Assembly (NCBI GenBank): GCA_942490825.1
Contig: CALNYG010000015.1
Coordinates: 88,073-152,072, forward strand
Reading direction: 5' to 3'
From: Candidatus Moraniibacteriota bacterium
Lineage (GTDB): Bacteria; Patescibacteriota; Minisyncoccia; Moranbacterales; GCA-2747515
DNA: 64,000 nucleotides
Both the position numbers and the translations under genes were made by a program. A model generated the notes under the pieces. It did no database searches, was not told where the DNA came from, and saw nothing but the letters and a program-made list of their open reading frames with translations. Below, piece by piece: positions 43,556-52,866 of this stretch. Each line of letters opens with the position of its first letter. Position 1 is the first letter of the stretch.

Positions 43556-44698
43556 ATGAGAAATTTTTATAAATTTGTTTTTATTGTATTTTTAATTTTT
43601 GTAGTCATTTCTTCTTCCGTGTTACTTTTTAGTTTTGACTATGAAAATTTATTAAATTCTTTAAATTTTAATTCATTGTTTTTTAAAAAATTAAACGGTA
43701 TAATGTTATTTTTTGCTGGATTTTTAAGTATTGCATTAGGTGAATATTTTTTAAAGAAAAAAGCTGGAGATAATTTTAAAAATAAATTTTTTATTCTTGT
43801 TTTACCATTATCTTTTTTAGTTGTTCTGACTATTGATTTCACGGAGTGGGTCTTTATTTCTTTTCTTGTTGGATGTTCAGATTGGTGTGGTATTCAGCTT
43901 ATATACTATCCAATTTATATTTTTCCTATTTGTATTATTTATTGGCTGATGAGAATTAATAATTTAAAATTTTCAGAATCTAATTTATATAATTATTTGG
44001 TTGGGAATGTTTCAAAGATATTTAAAATAATTTTATTTATTTTGTTTATTATCTATTCTTTGATGTCTTTTGATTATTTTACTAGAGGTAAATATTTAAA
44101 AATTTCAAACGAAACAAATATAAGTTATTGGTTGGAAGAGGCTATTAAAGCTGATGATGTGGTTTTGTGTGACTTTATAGAAAGTAATAAATTTAAGGGG
44201 GATGCTGATTTTTGTTATAAACAATTTTTTGTGGAATATAAAGTAAATGATTTTAAAAAATATAATTTTTATAATAATACAGAAAATATACAAATTATTT
44301 ATAATAATTTAATTAAAGATCAATGTGGATTTTTAGCGGATAAATATTATTTTTATTGCGAAGAATCAGTGTTGGTTTCTATTAAGGAAGAATTTAAGCA
44401 AGAATTATTAAAAAATACAGATAGTAAATTTTTAAAGTATGCTCCAGATATAGGTGTTGCTAAAAGGAATGGTAATAGCGGTATAATTATGAGTTTTGAT
44501 GGTAGTAAATTTAAAAATCAAGAAGATAAATATATAGCTATAAAAAGTAATCTTAGTATTTCGAAGAAAAAAAATATTAAAGTTGATAATAACTTAAGAG
44601 GAGATATTTATATTACATTTACAGGGAAAAATAAAAACTTTAAAGATATTTATAAAGTTTTAAATGAAAGTGTTTATCCAGTTCTTGATAAGGAATAG
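43556..44698 (+). CDS. hypothetical polytopic membrane protein
   Basis: 380 aa. About six N-terminal TM helices, then a K/N/Y-rich soluble region. Extremely AT-rich. Confidence 0.5.
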   Translation: MRNFYKFVFIVFLIFVVISSSVLLFSFDYENLLNSLNFNSLFFKKLNGIMLFFAGFLSIALGEYFLKKKAGDNFKNKFFILVLPLSFLVVLTIDFTEWVFISFLVGCSDWCGIQLIYYPIYIFPICIIYWLMRINNLKFSESNLYNYLVGNVSKIFKIILFILFIIYSLMSFDYFTRGKYLKISNETNISYWLEEAIKADDVVLCDFIESNKFKGDADFCYKQFFVEYKVNDFKKYNFYNNTENIQIIYNNLIKDQCGFLADKYYFYCEESVLVSIKEEFKQELLKNTDSKFLKYAPDIGVAKRNGNSGIIMSFDGSKFKNQEDKYIAIKSNLSISKKKNIKVDNNLRGDIYITFTGKNKNFKDIYKVLNESVYPVLDKE

Positions 44699-44730
44699 TT
44701 CTTAAAAAATCAAATTTAAAGATAATTAAA

Positions 44731-45696
44731 ATGAATTTTTGGAAAAAACTAAAAAAACCGATATTTGCATTGGCACCAATGTATGACGTAACCGATTCAG
44801 TCTTTCGAAAAATAATCGCCGAAAGAAGTAATTTAGACGTGGTTTATTTTACAGAATTCGTAAGTGTAGACGGAATAATACATCCTGAAGGTGGAAAAAA
44901 ACTAAAACATCTACTTTGGCATTCTAAAAAAGATCGACCAATCGTCGCACAACTTTTTGGAAATAATCCAGAAAGTTTTAAAAAAGCGGCACAACTTTGC
45001 GTAGAATTAGGTTTTGATGGAATTGACATAAATACAGGTTGTCCCGAAAAAAATATCGTTAAACAAGGTGCAGGATCAGCTTTAATTAAAAATCCAGAAT
45101 TAACTAAGGAAATTGCATTGGCGACAATCGAGGGTGCAGGAGAAATTCCAGTTAGTTTAAAAACACGGATTGGCTTTAACGAAAATGAAATTGAAACTTG
45201 GATTCCATACTTACTTAAAATTGAAAATTTAGCGGCTTTGACTGTTCATTTACGAACAAGAAAAGAAATGTCTTTAGTTGATGCACATTGGGAATTGATG
45301 TCTGAAATTGTTGAAATGAAAAATGAATTAAATCCTGAAATTATTTTACTAGGAAATGGTGATGTGAAAACGGTTGCGGAAACTCGACAGAAAGTTGAAG
45401 ATACCGGATGTGACGGAGTGATGATTGGGAGGGGTATTTTTGGTAATCCGTGGTTATTTAGTGATCCTGTTTTAGAAATTAGTTTAGAGGAAAAATTGAA
45501 AACGATGATTGAGCATACTGATCTTTACGAAAAAACTTTCAAAGGAATTAAAAATTTTTATATAATGAAAAAACATTACAAGGCTTATGTTACGGGATTT
45601 GATGGTGCGGTGGATTTACGGGCGAAGTTGATGGAGACTGATAGTGCGGATGAGGTTAGGGAGATTGTGGAGGAATTTTTAGTTAATAGAAAGTAG
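44731..45696 (+). CDS. tRNA-dihydrouridine synthase
   Basis: LAPMYDVTDSVFR, the DINTGCP active-site region, and a TIM-barrel pattern typical of the Dus family. Confidence 0.85.
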   Translation: MNFWKKLKKPIFALAPMYDVTDSVFRKIIAERSNLDVVYFTEFVSVDGIIHPEGGKKLKHLLWHSKKDRPIVAQLFGNNPESFKKAAQLCVELGFDGIDINTGCPEKNIVKQGAGSALIKNPELTKEIALATIEGAGEIPVSLKTRIGFNENEIETWIPYLLKIENLAALTVHLRTRKEMSLVDAHWELMSEIVEMKNELNPEIILLGNGDVKTVAETRQKVEDTGCDGVMIGRGIFGNPWLFSDPVLEISLEEKLKTMIEHTDLYEKTFKGIKNFYIMKKHYKAYVTGFDGAVDLRAKLMETDSADEVREIVEEFLVNRK

Positions 45697-45760
45697 TCGG
45701 TAGATTGTAAAGATATTGCATTATGATATCTTTAGGATAGGTTTTTGATTCTATAGTTTA

Positions 45761-46115
45761 GAAACGTTTCGGAATCAGTGGTCTTCGACACACTAATTCC
45801 GGTAGGATATTTAAAGACATGACATTTCGGAAAATATATTTTCTTTTGTAAAAACGTCGATTTATCGCGTTTTATAGATAGAAAATTATTTATCCGGAAA
45901 CTATGCTTAAAGTTTTCTTTAATTTTAAAGTATAGATACTAGAAAGGTCGCTACGCTCTTGAACAAATTATATCTTCCAGCATGACAGGTCTGGAAGGAT
46001 TATGAATTTTGTAGGGGCAGTGCCTTTTGCCTGCTCATGTGATGAACGAAAAGTCAGTAGAAATGAATTGCAATTCATTTCTACAATTATGTATCATAGC
46101 CCGTGCGGCGAGCAC
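45761..46115. repeat. intergenic hairpin-repeat cluster R8
   Basis: 45761-45801 is GAAACGTT plus a GC hairpin. 45818-45897 is module C in inverted orientation. 45976-46000 is the hairpin CTTCCAG/CTGGAAG. The tgtaggggcag arm starts at 46010. 46057-46084 is the perfect 28-nt palindrome GTAGAAATGAATTGCAATTCATTTCTAC. AGCCCGTGCGGCGAGCAC lies at 46098-46115. Confidence 0.85.
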
Positions 46116-46144
46116 TTTTTTGATCATGATTAATTTTAGGTTTC

Positions 46145-46172
46145 TTGATTTGTTTGGTGAGCGTGTTAGAAT
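46145..46172 (+). promoter_or_regulatory. candidate promoter of the small ORF and mnmA
   Basis: TTGATT, a 16-nt spacer, then TGTTAGAAT. It starts 30 nt after the AGCCCGTGCGGC unit. Confidence 0.4.
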
Positions 46173-46202
46173 AAAAATATTATAAATTAACTATTTTTTG
46201 CG

Positions 46203-46364
46203 ATGAATAAAATATCAAATTGGTTTAGAAAATTTTTTACGAGCAGAACTTTAAAAGTTATTATTATTAAATTTTGTATTTATACTGTAATTTATTTTGT
46301 TATCTTATATTTTTTATTTGATATATTTTGGGATGAATCTTTATTTGATGTAATTTCTAAATAG
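46203..46364 (+). CDS. candidate 53-aa small membrane protein
   Basis: MNKISNWFRKFFTSRTLKVIIIKFCIYTVIYFVILYFLFDIFW... contains one TM helix. Its stop is 2 nt before the mnmA ATG, suggesting translational coupling. It is below the ORF-track size cutoff. Confidence 0.4.
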   Translation: MNKISNWFRKFFTSRTLKVIIIKFCIYTVIYFVILYFLFDIFWDESLFDVISK

Positions 46365-46366
46365 TC

Positions 46367-47422
46367 ATGAAAATAGCAGTTTTACTTAGTGGGGGTGTGG
46401 ATAGCTCGGTGGCTTTGAATATTTTGAAAAAAGAAGGTCATGACGTTCATGCTTTTTATTTGAAGATTTGGTTGGAAGACGAGATGTCTTATTTAGGTTC
46501 TTGTCCTTGGGAAGAGGATTTGGAATATGCTCAGGCGGTTTGTGATCAATTGGAAGTTCAATTGTCCGTGGTGCCATTTCAGAAAGAGTACCATGAAAAG
46601 GTTGTTGGTTACACAATTGATGCGGTACGAAAAGGTTTGACGCCAAATCCTGATGTTTTGTGTAATTCTCAAATTAAATTTGGGGCTTTTTTGGAAAAAT
46701 ATGGCGATGATTTTGATTTGGTAGCAACAGGTCATTATGCTTTTGTGGAACGTGGTGAAAGTGATGAATTGGCTAGATTGAAAAGAGCACCTGATCTTAT
46801 TAAGGATCAGACTTATTTTTTGGCGATGATAAATCAAAAGCAATTGCAAAAAGCGATTTTTCCGATTGGTAAATTGCAAAAAAGTGAGGTTCGAGCATTG
46901 GCGGAGGAATGGAATTTACCAACTGCTAAACGAAAGGATTCTCAAGGAATTTGTTTTTTGGGAAAGATTTCTTTTCGAGATTTTCTTTTACATCATCTAG
47001 GTAAAAAGAAAGGTGAAATTATTGAGAAAGAATCTGGTGACATTATTGGTGAGCATGACGGTGCGTATTTGCATACGATTGGTCAGCGACGGGGGATAGA
47101 ATTATCGGGTGGTCCTTGGTATGTTTGTGATAAGGATATTGAGAAAAATATTGTTTATGTTTCTCATGGTTTTGGTGGTGATGATCAGAGGCGGGATGAA
47201 TTTGATGTTAGTAATTTAAACTGGATCAGCGGTAAATTTAAAAAGAGAGATCTTCAAGTTAAATTACGTCACGGAGAAAAGTTTTATAATTGTGAAGTTG
47301 AATTTATTGAAGAGGATTTATTGAAAGTTAAATTAGGTGAATTGGATCAGGCTATTACTCCGGGTCAGTTTGCAGTTTTTTATGATGATGAATATTGTTT
47401 AGGTGGTGGAGTGATTAAATAG
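46367..47422 (+). CDS. mnmA: tRNA 2-thiouridine(34) synthase MnmA
   Basis: PP-loop KIAVLLSGGVDSSVA, a catalytic Cys region, and a C-terminal beta-barrel. 351 aa. Confidence 0.9.
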   Translation: MKIAVLLSGGVDSSVALNILKKEGHDVHAFYLKIWLEDEMSYLGSCPWEEDLEYAQAVCDQLEVQLSVVPFQKEYHEKVVGYTIDAVRKGLTPNPDVLCNSQIKFGAFLEKYGDDFDLVATGHYAFVERGESDELARLKRAPDLIKDQTYFLAMINQKQLQKAIFPIGKLQKSEVRALAEEWNLPTAKRKDSQGICFLGKISFRDFLLHHLGKKKGEIIEKESGDIIGEHDGAYLHTIGQRRGIELSGGPWYVCDKDIEKNIVYVSHGFGGDDQRRDEFDVSNLNWISGKFKKRDLQVKLRHGEKFYNCEVEFIEEDLLKVKLGELDQAITPGQFAVFYDDEYCLGGGVIK

Positions 47423-47495
47423 AAAGTTAGACTTTTGGATTTGTAGATAGATTTGAATTGATAGATCCTATAGAATAAAAAAATTTATAATAAAA

Positions 47496-47526
47496 TAAAA
47501 AACAGGATATAAAGTCCTGTTTTTTA
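47496..47526. terminator. bidirectional terminator between mnmA and the BI-1 gene
   Basis: Stem AACAGGA/TCCTGTT flanked by A6 and T6. Confidence 0.6.
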
Positions 47527-47545
47527 AATTTAAAGTTTTTTAAAG

Positions 47546-48244
47546 CTAATCTTTATTTCCTAAAAATTTTAAAAGATTAACGAAGATCATGATGAAGTTA
47601 ATGTACATGTGTAAAGCTCCAAGGGTTGTAAACTTTTTTTCGCTGTCTTTGTCTACAACGTTATATTGATAAATTGCTTTATAAGCCTGATTATCATAAA
47701 CAGTCAATCCACAAAAAACTAAAATTGCTATTCCACTAACAATCATGTCCATCATTGTGTTTTGCAAAAACATATTTACTATACTTGATAAAAATACTCC
47801 CCACATTCCAGCAAATAAAACTGTTTTCCAAGAGGAAAGATCTTTATCAGTTCTAAATCCAATCACTGCTAGAGTTCCAAAAATAGCTGCTGAAATTATG
47901 AATGTTTGAACAATTGAACTTAGATCATATCTTAAAAAGTAAATTGATAAAAACATTCCATTTATCGCAGCATAAACTAAAAATAAAGCTCGTGATAATT
48001 CGGCTGGTAATTTTTTAATAAATATTTGGACGCCAAATAAAATAGCTAATTCAATTGCATTGATTCCATAAAATATTATGGGATTTCCAAAAATTATACT
48101 TTGCAGAGGAGTGTTAAGTGTTGCATAAGCGAAAGCTGCACTTAAAAGTAAACCAACTGTCATCCATGTGTAGATTCCTGCAAAGAACTGATTTAATGAT
48201 GTTGTTTGTCCATCGCTCATCGTGCGATTCATTGTATTTTCCAT
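47546..48244 (-). CDS. Bax inhibitor-1/YccA family membrane protein
   Basis: Seven TM helices. The C-terminal ...GALHMYINFIMIFVNLLKFLG is typical of the BI-1 family. Confidence 0.8.
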   Translation of the reverse strand: MENTMNRTMSDGQTTSLNQFFAGIYTWMTVGLLLSAAFAYATLNTPLQSIIFGNPIIFYGINAIELAILFGVQIFIKKLPAELSRALFLVYAAINGMFLSIYFLRYDLSSIVQTFIISAAIFGTLAVIGFRTDKDLSSWKTVLFAGMWGVFLSSIVNMFLQNTMMDMIVSGIAILVFCGLTVYDNQAYKAIYQYNVVDKDSEKKFTTLGALHMYINFIMIFVNLLKFLGNKD

Positions 48245-48362
48245 AATTTATAATTAATTTTTTATTGGAGTAATTGTAACAAAAAACGGCTGATTTGTCA
48301 AAATTTTTTGTTTTTCAAAAGGTTATGTTAAAATTATAACATAATAAATTTAAAAATATTTT

Positions 48363-48920
48363 ATGGAAGTAAAAAAAACCAAAATAGATGGTTTATTAAT
48401 AATTACCCCACAGGTATTTGGAGATGATCGAGGATTTTTTGTAGAAACTTATAATGCCGAACGATATAAAGAAATGGGAGTTGATGTTAATTTTGTTCAA
48501 GATAATTTAAGTAAATCTCAAAAAGGAGTTTTACGAGGTTTACATTTTCAGAATGAGCCTTTTGCACAAGGCAAATTAGTGCAAGTTGTTACAGGTAAAG
48601 TTTTAGACGTAGCAGTAGATATTAGAAAAGATTCGCCAACTTTTGGTGAATATGTTTCTGTTGAACTTTCAGCTGAAAATAAAAAACAATTTTGGGTTCC
48701 TGCGGGATTTGCTCATGGTTTTGTGGCTTTGGAAGATGATACGATTTTTTCTTACAAATGTACTAATGTTTATAATCCTGAGTCTGAAGGTGGTCTTTTG
48801 TGGGATGATGAAGAAGTTGCTATCGATTGGAAATTAAAAGAAAATGGTATTAATAAACCGATTCTAGCGGAGAAAGATTTAATTAATCCTAAATTGAAAG
48901 ATATTGAAAGTGGATTTTAG
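48363..48920 (+). CDS. rfbC: dTDP-4-dehydrorhamnose 3,5-epimerase
   Basis: GDDRGFFVE, VLRGLHFQ, QGKLVQVV.GKVLDVAVDIRK.SPTFG and GFAHGF are the RmlC signature. Confidence 0.9.
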   Translation: MEVKKTKIDGLLIITPQVFGDDRGFFVETYNAERYKEMGVDVNFVQDNLSKSQKGVLRGLHFQNEPFAQGKLVQVVTGKVLDVAVDIRKDSPTFGEYVSVELSAENKKQFWVPAGFAHGFVALEDDTIFSYKCTNVYNPESEGGLLWDDEEVAIDWKLKENGINKPILAEKDLINPKLKDIESGF

Positions 48921-49140
48921 TTATTAATATTCTTTATTTCGTTAAGCAAAAAATTACCCACTTTCTCATTTAAAAGTCTTATCCAATCTACTGTCCCAGA
49001 TTCTTTGCAAAAGTTTTGAAATCTTTTATCATTATAATTTTTTTATTTTTTATTATTTTAATAATAACATGAAAGAATTTTGTAAAAAAATAAAATTTAA
49101 AGTAGAATAAAAGAGAATCAATAAATTAAATTAAAAATAT

Positions 49141-50148
49141 ATGAAAATATTAGTAACAGGTGGAGCAGGATTTATCGGAGCAAATTTTGTACATCATATT
49201 TTAGAAAAATATCCAAAATATAAAATAGTAAATTTAGACGCTTTAACTTATGCAGGGAATTTAGCAAATTTAACAGAAATAGAAAATAATCCTAATTACG
49301 AATTTGTAAAAGGAGATATTTTAGATAAAAAATTAATGAATGAATTAGTTGCTCGAGTTGACGCAGTTGTTCATTTTGCGGCAGAGTCACATGTTGATCG
49401 TTCAATTTTAGATAGTGATGCCTTTGTAAAAACAAATGTTAACGGAACTTTAAATCTTCTTGAAGCAGCTAAAAATAATGGGAATAAAAGATTTCATCAT
49501 GTTTCAACAGATGAGGTTTATGGTTCACTTGAGAAAGATGATCCAGCTTTCTCTGAAGAGACCTCTTATGATCCACGAAGTCCTTATAGTGCTTCAAAAG
49601 CATCTTCAGATCATTTAGTTCGAGCTTATTATCATACTCATGATTTACCGATTACAATTTCAAATTGTTCTAATAATTATGGACCTTATCAATTTCCAGA
49701 AAAACTGATTCCACTTTTTGTGACTAATTTAATGGAAGGAAAGAAAATTCCAATCTATGGAACTGGAGAAAATATTCGTGATTGGCTACATGTTAAAGAT
49801 CACTGTATTGCAATTGATCGAATTTTACATGATGGAAAAATTGGTGAAACTTATTGTGTTGGAGGGGATGCGGAGAAAACTAATTTAGAAATTACAAATT
49901 TAATTTTAGAATTAATGGGTGAGGGTCAAGATAAGATTGAGTATGTTGAAGATAGAAAGGGTCACGATAAGCGTTATGCGATTAATTTTTCTAAAATTAA
50001 AAATGAATTAGGTTGGGAGCCGAGCGTTAGTTTTGAGGAGGGAATTAGAGAAACTGTGGAGTGGTACAAAAATAATCAGGATTGGTGGAAGAATATTAAA
50101 TCTGGAGAATATCAGAAATATTGTAAAAGACAATATGGAAATAAATAA
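49141..50148 (+). CDS. rfbB: dTDP-glucose 4,6-dehydratase
   Basis: Rossmann motif TGGAGFIG and catalytic YSASKASSDHLVRAY. 335 aa. Confidence 0.9.
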   Translation: MKILVTGGAGFIGANFVHHILEKYPKYKIVNLDALTYAGNLANLTEIENNPNYEFVKGDILDKKLMNELVARVDAVVHFAAESHVDRSILDSDAFVKTNVNGTLNLLEAAKNNGNKRFHHVSTDEVYGSLEKDDPAFSEETSYDPRSPYSASKASSDHLVRAYYHTHDLPITISNCSNNYGPYQFPEKLIPLFVTNLMEGKKIPIYGTGENIRDWLHVKDHCIAIDRILHDGKIGETYCVGGDAEKTNLEITNLILELMGEGQDKIEYVEDRKGHDKRYAINFSKIKNELGWEPSVSFEEGIRETVEWYKNNQDWWKNIKSGEYQKYCKRQYGNK

Positions 50149-50209
50149 GCTTTCTAAGTGTAAAAAGTAATTTTATTAACGAAGGTTTTAAATTAGGATT
50201 TTTGTAAAC

Positions 50210-50713
50210 CTAAAAGAAAAACATAGAGTTTCCTAAAAATATATGAAGTATAAATATTCCAAGAGAAATAATTAAGGCGATGGGAAATATTCCAGGCTTA
50301 AATTTTACCAAAGTAAAGCCAAGGACTAATGATATTTGATCGGCGATTAATCTATTTAGAAGAGTTTCTTCACCAGCAAACCATTTGGCAATTTCAGTAG
50401 GTCCGCCTATTTCTAAATAATGTTCAATTATTTCCCAAGTGGAGGATATCAATAAAAGAAAAATAACAGGATTGTGAATATTATTTTTTCTGAGATTTAT
50501 TATAAAAAAACCCAAAACGGAACCAGTTGCAATATGTACAATTGTCCAAGTGTCAAAGATGGATTTTGACTTATGTCCGAAAAGTCTAAGTTCAGGTATG
50601 GTCAACCAGGCTGTAATGCAAATTATGAATCCAAAAAATAAAATTAATATTTCTGGTTTGAAATTATAATTTTGTTTTTCTTTTGTGATAGATTGGATAA
50701 AATTTTTAATCAT
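50210..50713 (-). CDS. hypothetical membrane protein
   Basis: 167 aa with five hydrophobic helices. No motif recognised. Confidence 0.45.
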   Translation of the reverse strand: MIKNFIQSITKEKQNYNFKPEILILFFGFIICITAWLTIPELRLFGHKSKSIFDTWTIVHIATGSVLGFFIINLRKNNIHNPVIFLLLISSTWEIIEHYLEIGGPTEIAKWFAGEETLLNRLIADQISLVLGFTLVKFKPGIFPIALIISLGIFILHIFLGNSMFFF

Positions 50714-50766
50714 TTCTTTAATATAACATATTAGTTAAGTTTTTTAAATAAAAATATTACCAAAAC

Positions 50767-50796
50767 AAAAAACATCTCATTATTGAGATGTTTTTT
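50767..50796 (-). terminator. terminator downstream of rpmA
   Basis: Stem AACATCTCA/TGAGATGTT flanked by A6 and T6. Confidence 0.65.
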
Positions 50797-50819
50797 AAGT
50801 TCTAAATTTTTTGCAAGAA

Positions 50820-51098
50820 TTATTTTGTAACAACGTGTACAAATTTTCTCTTTTGAAGTTTTCCAGTGAAATCCTTAACTTTTTTATGAGTAAATTCAAC
50901 AATTCCATCAGCTACTGCAAAAAGAGTATCATCAGCTCCTTTTTGAACATTTTTGCCGGGGTGAAATTTAGTTCCTCGCTGTCTAACAATGATATTTCCA
51001 GTTTCAACAGTCTGTGAACCATAAATTTTTACTCCAAGACGTTTTGATATGGAATCACGACCCAGGTGAGTGGATCCGCCAGCTTTTCTATGTGCCAT
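50820..51098 (-). CDS. rpmA: 50S ribosomal protein L27
   Basis: [24 protein letters not shown]...[15 protein letters not shown] matches L27. Confidence 0.95.
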   Translation of the reverse strand: MAHRKAGGSTHLGRDSISKRLGVKIYGSQTVETGNIIVRQRGTKFHPGKNVQKGADDTLFAVADGIVEFTHKKVKDFTGKLQKRKFVHVVTK

Positions 51099-51152
51099 AG
51101 TTTAATATTTTAAGTAATTATCAGCTTCTTTCCTTTAAGCATTCATTATGAT

Positions 51153-51180
51153 ATTATAGCAAGGAAATTAATATTGTCAA
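51153..51180 (-). promoter_or_regulatory. near-consensus promoter of rpmA
   Basis: On the minus strand: TTGACA (51180-51175), a 16-nt spacer, then extended -10 TGCTATAAT (51161-51153). Confidence 0.55.
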
Positions 51181-51195
51181 CATTTTTCAAAATTT

Positions 51196-51585
51196 ATGAA
51201 AGATTATTTAAAAAATTTAGTAAATTTTTTTATTAAAAATGAGAAAAAAATAGTTCTGGGAATGGGAATTGTTTTGATAATTGTGATAAGTTTTACTTTT
51301 GGAATTATGAAAGGGAAAGGTATTACCCAAGATCCATTGATTATCTCAATAGCAGAAGTTCCGCCGGTTGTTATCAATTCTAATGACTCTGTAAGTATTG
51401 AGGAAAAAGCTGAAATTGGAGAAGGTCTGACAACATGTGTTTATGTGGGAAGTAAAAATGGGAGTAAATATTATCCTCCGACTTGCTCATATGCCAAAAA
51501 GATTAATCCAGAAAATTTACGATGTTTTTCTTCGGATGAAGATGCAATCGAAAAAGGATATTCTAAAACAACTTCATGTGATTGA
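51196..51585 (+). CDS. hypothetical membrane-anchored protein with a Cys-containing C-terminal motif
   Basis: One TM helix. The C-terminal YYPPTCSYAKKINPENLRCFSSDEDAIEKGYSKTTSC is a small Cys motif. Confidence 0.5.
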   Translation: MKDYLKNLVNFFIKNEKKIVLGMGIVLIIVISFTFGIMKGKGITQDPLIISIAEVPPVVINSNDSVSIEEKAEIGEGLTTCVYVGSKNGSKYYPPTCSYAKKINPENLRCFSSDEDAIEKGYSKTTSCD

Positions 51586-51620
51586 TTTTAAAATATTTTC
51601 AAAAATATAAAAATAAGATG

Positions 51621-51680
51621 GTGCCTGTCTGCCCTGTCTGTCGACAGGCAGGCAACATAGGCAGTCTAGTCGCACGGGCT
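51621..51680 (-). repeat. inverted AGCCCGTGCG unit with two nested GC hairpins (copy 10)
   Basis: gtgcctgtctgccctgtctgtcgacaggcaggcaacataggcagtctagtcgcacgggct followed by tttt, 36 nt after the stop of the 51196-51585 gene. This is a terminator position. Confidence 0.75.
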
Positions 51681-51747
51681 TTTAAATTTTAAAGTTATTC
51701 CAAGAATAATTTTTACTGTGTATAGACTATTTGATTTTTTTTAAATT

Positions 51748-51777
51748 TTGGACTACTATCAATGATAGTAATATAAT
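51748..51777 (+). promoter_or_regulatory. promoter with a tetO-like palindromic operator in the spacer
   Basis: TTGGAC (51748-51753), an 18-nt spacer, then TATAAT (51772-51777). The spacer holds the perfect 17-bp palindrome TACTATCAATGATAGTA (51754-51770). Confidence 0.5.
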
Positions 51778-51794
51778 ATTTTAAACATCTTGAT

Positions 51795-52502
51795 ATGCAA
51801 AAAGAAAATACCTTCGTTGTTAATTTAGGGGGGTCTATAGTTGTTCCTGATAAGATTGATGTTGAATTTTTAAAGAAATTTAAAGATTTAATTATTGAAC
51901 AAATTGAGGAAAAAGATCAAAAGTTTGTTTTTATTATAGGAGGCGGTAAGACAGCTCGTCGATACGCAGAGGCAGCGGGGGAAATTTCTGAACATGTTAC
52001 TGATGAAGATAAAGATTGGTTAGGGATTCATACGACACGTTTAAATGCTCATTTAGTAAGAACAATTTTTCGTGATTATGCTTATCCGCGTATTAATACT
52101 AATCCCCATGATTTGGAGGATTTTTATAAATGCAAAGAGCCAATTATGATTGCGGCGGGATGGCGACCTGGATTTTCGACTGATTATGATTCAGCACTTT
52201 TAGCAAAATATTTAGATATTAAACGAATGATTAATTTGTCTAATATAGATTATATTTACGACAAAGATCCGAATAAATTTACAGATGCTAAAAAATTAGA
52301 TGAATTATCTTGGGATGATTTACAGGGGATGATTGATACTAAATGGACGCCTGGCATGAATGCTCCTTTTGATCCTGTGGCAATTAAATTTTCTAATGAA
52401 GAGAATTTGGAATTAGTTACTATGAATGGTAAAAATTTAGAAAATATCAAGAATTATTTGAATGGTAAGGAATTTGAAGGAAGTGTTGTTAAAAATAATT
52501 AA
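51795..52502 (+). CDS. amino-acid-kinase family protein, probable archaeal-type UMP kinase
   Basis: FVVNLGGSIV..., FIIGGGKTARRY and a size of 235 aa resemble archaeal-type PyrH. Confidence 0.55.
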   Translation: MQKENTFVVNLGGSIVVPDKIDVEFLKKFKDLIIEQIEEKDQKFVFIIGGGKTARRYAEAAGEISEHVTDEDKDWLGIHTTRLNAHLVRTIFRDYAYPRINTNPHDLEDFYKCKEPIMIAAGWRPGFSTDYDSALLAKYLDIKRMINLSNIDYIYDKDPNKFTDAKKLDELSWDDLQGMIDTKWTPGMNAPFDPVAIKFSNEENLELVTMNGKNLENIKNYLNGKEFEGSVVKNN

Positions 52503-52525
52503 TGTTATAGTATTTTTTAGACTTT

Positions 52526-52554
52526 TAAAAAACTAGCGTAAAGCTAGTTTTTTT
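52526..52554 (+). terminator. terminator after the UMP-kinase-like gene
   Basis: Stem AACTAGC/GCTAGTT flanked by A and T runs. Confidence 0.6.
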
Positions 52555-52619
52555 ATTTTTAAATATTTTTTTATGGTGTTATAATTAAAATAGATAAAAT
52601 AATTATTAAAAACAAAAAT

Positions 52620-52808
52620 ATGGGAATTGTAGATTTTTTGAGGAAGATTGGTATTTTAAAATCAGGTTCAGGTTCTTGGAGTGGAAATATTAAAGATCAA
52701 TCGGCTAGTGATGTATTAGGGGATTATTATTCAAATGATAAAAAAGAAAAATCAGCAGGAAAAAATACTGAGGAAAATAAAGAAAATAAAGATGCAAACG
52801 CACGATAG
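52620..52808 (+). CDS. hypothetical small hydrophilic protein
   Basis: 62-aa ORF between two terminators. No motif recognised. Confidence 0.3.
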   Translation: MGIVDFLRKIGILKSGSGSWSGNIKDQSASDVLGDYYSNDKKEKSAGKNTEENKENKDANAR

Positions 52809-52833
52809 TTTATTTTCCTAAATTATATTATCA

Positions 52834-52866
52834 AAAAAAGATTCACTTTTGAAGTGAATCTTTTTT
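52834..52866. terminator. bidirectional terminator
   Basis: Stem GATTCAC/GTGAATC flanked by A7 and T6. The T run overlaps the M23 stop codon. Confidence 0.6.

Noticed and set aside
48921-49010. Possible minus-strand gene remnant (...ESGTVDWIRLLNEKVGNFLLNEIKNINN*) between rfbC and rfbB
   Set aside because: The fragment is short, has no start codon and no recognisable motif. It cannot be told apart from chance in AT-rich spacer.
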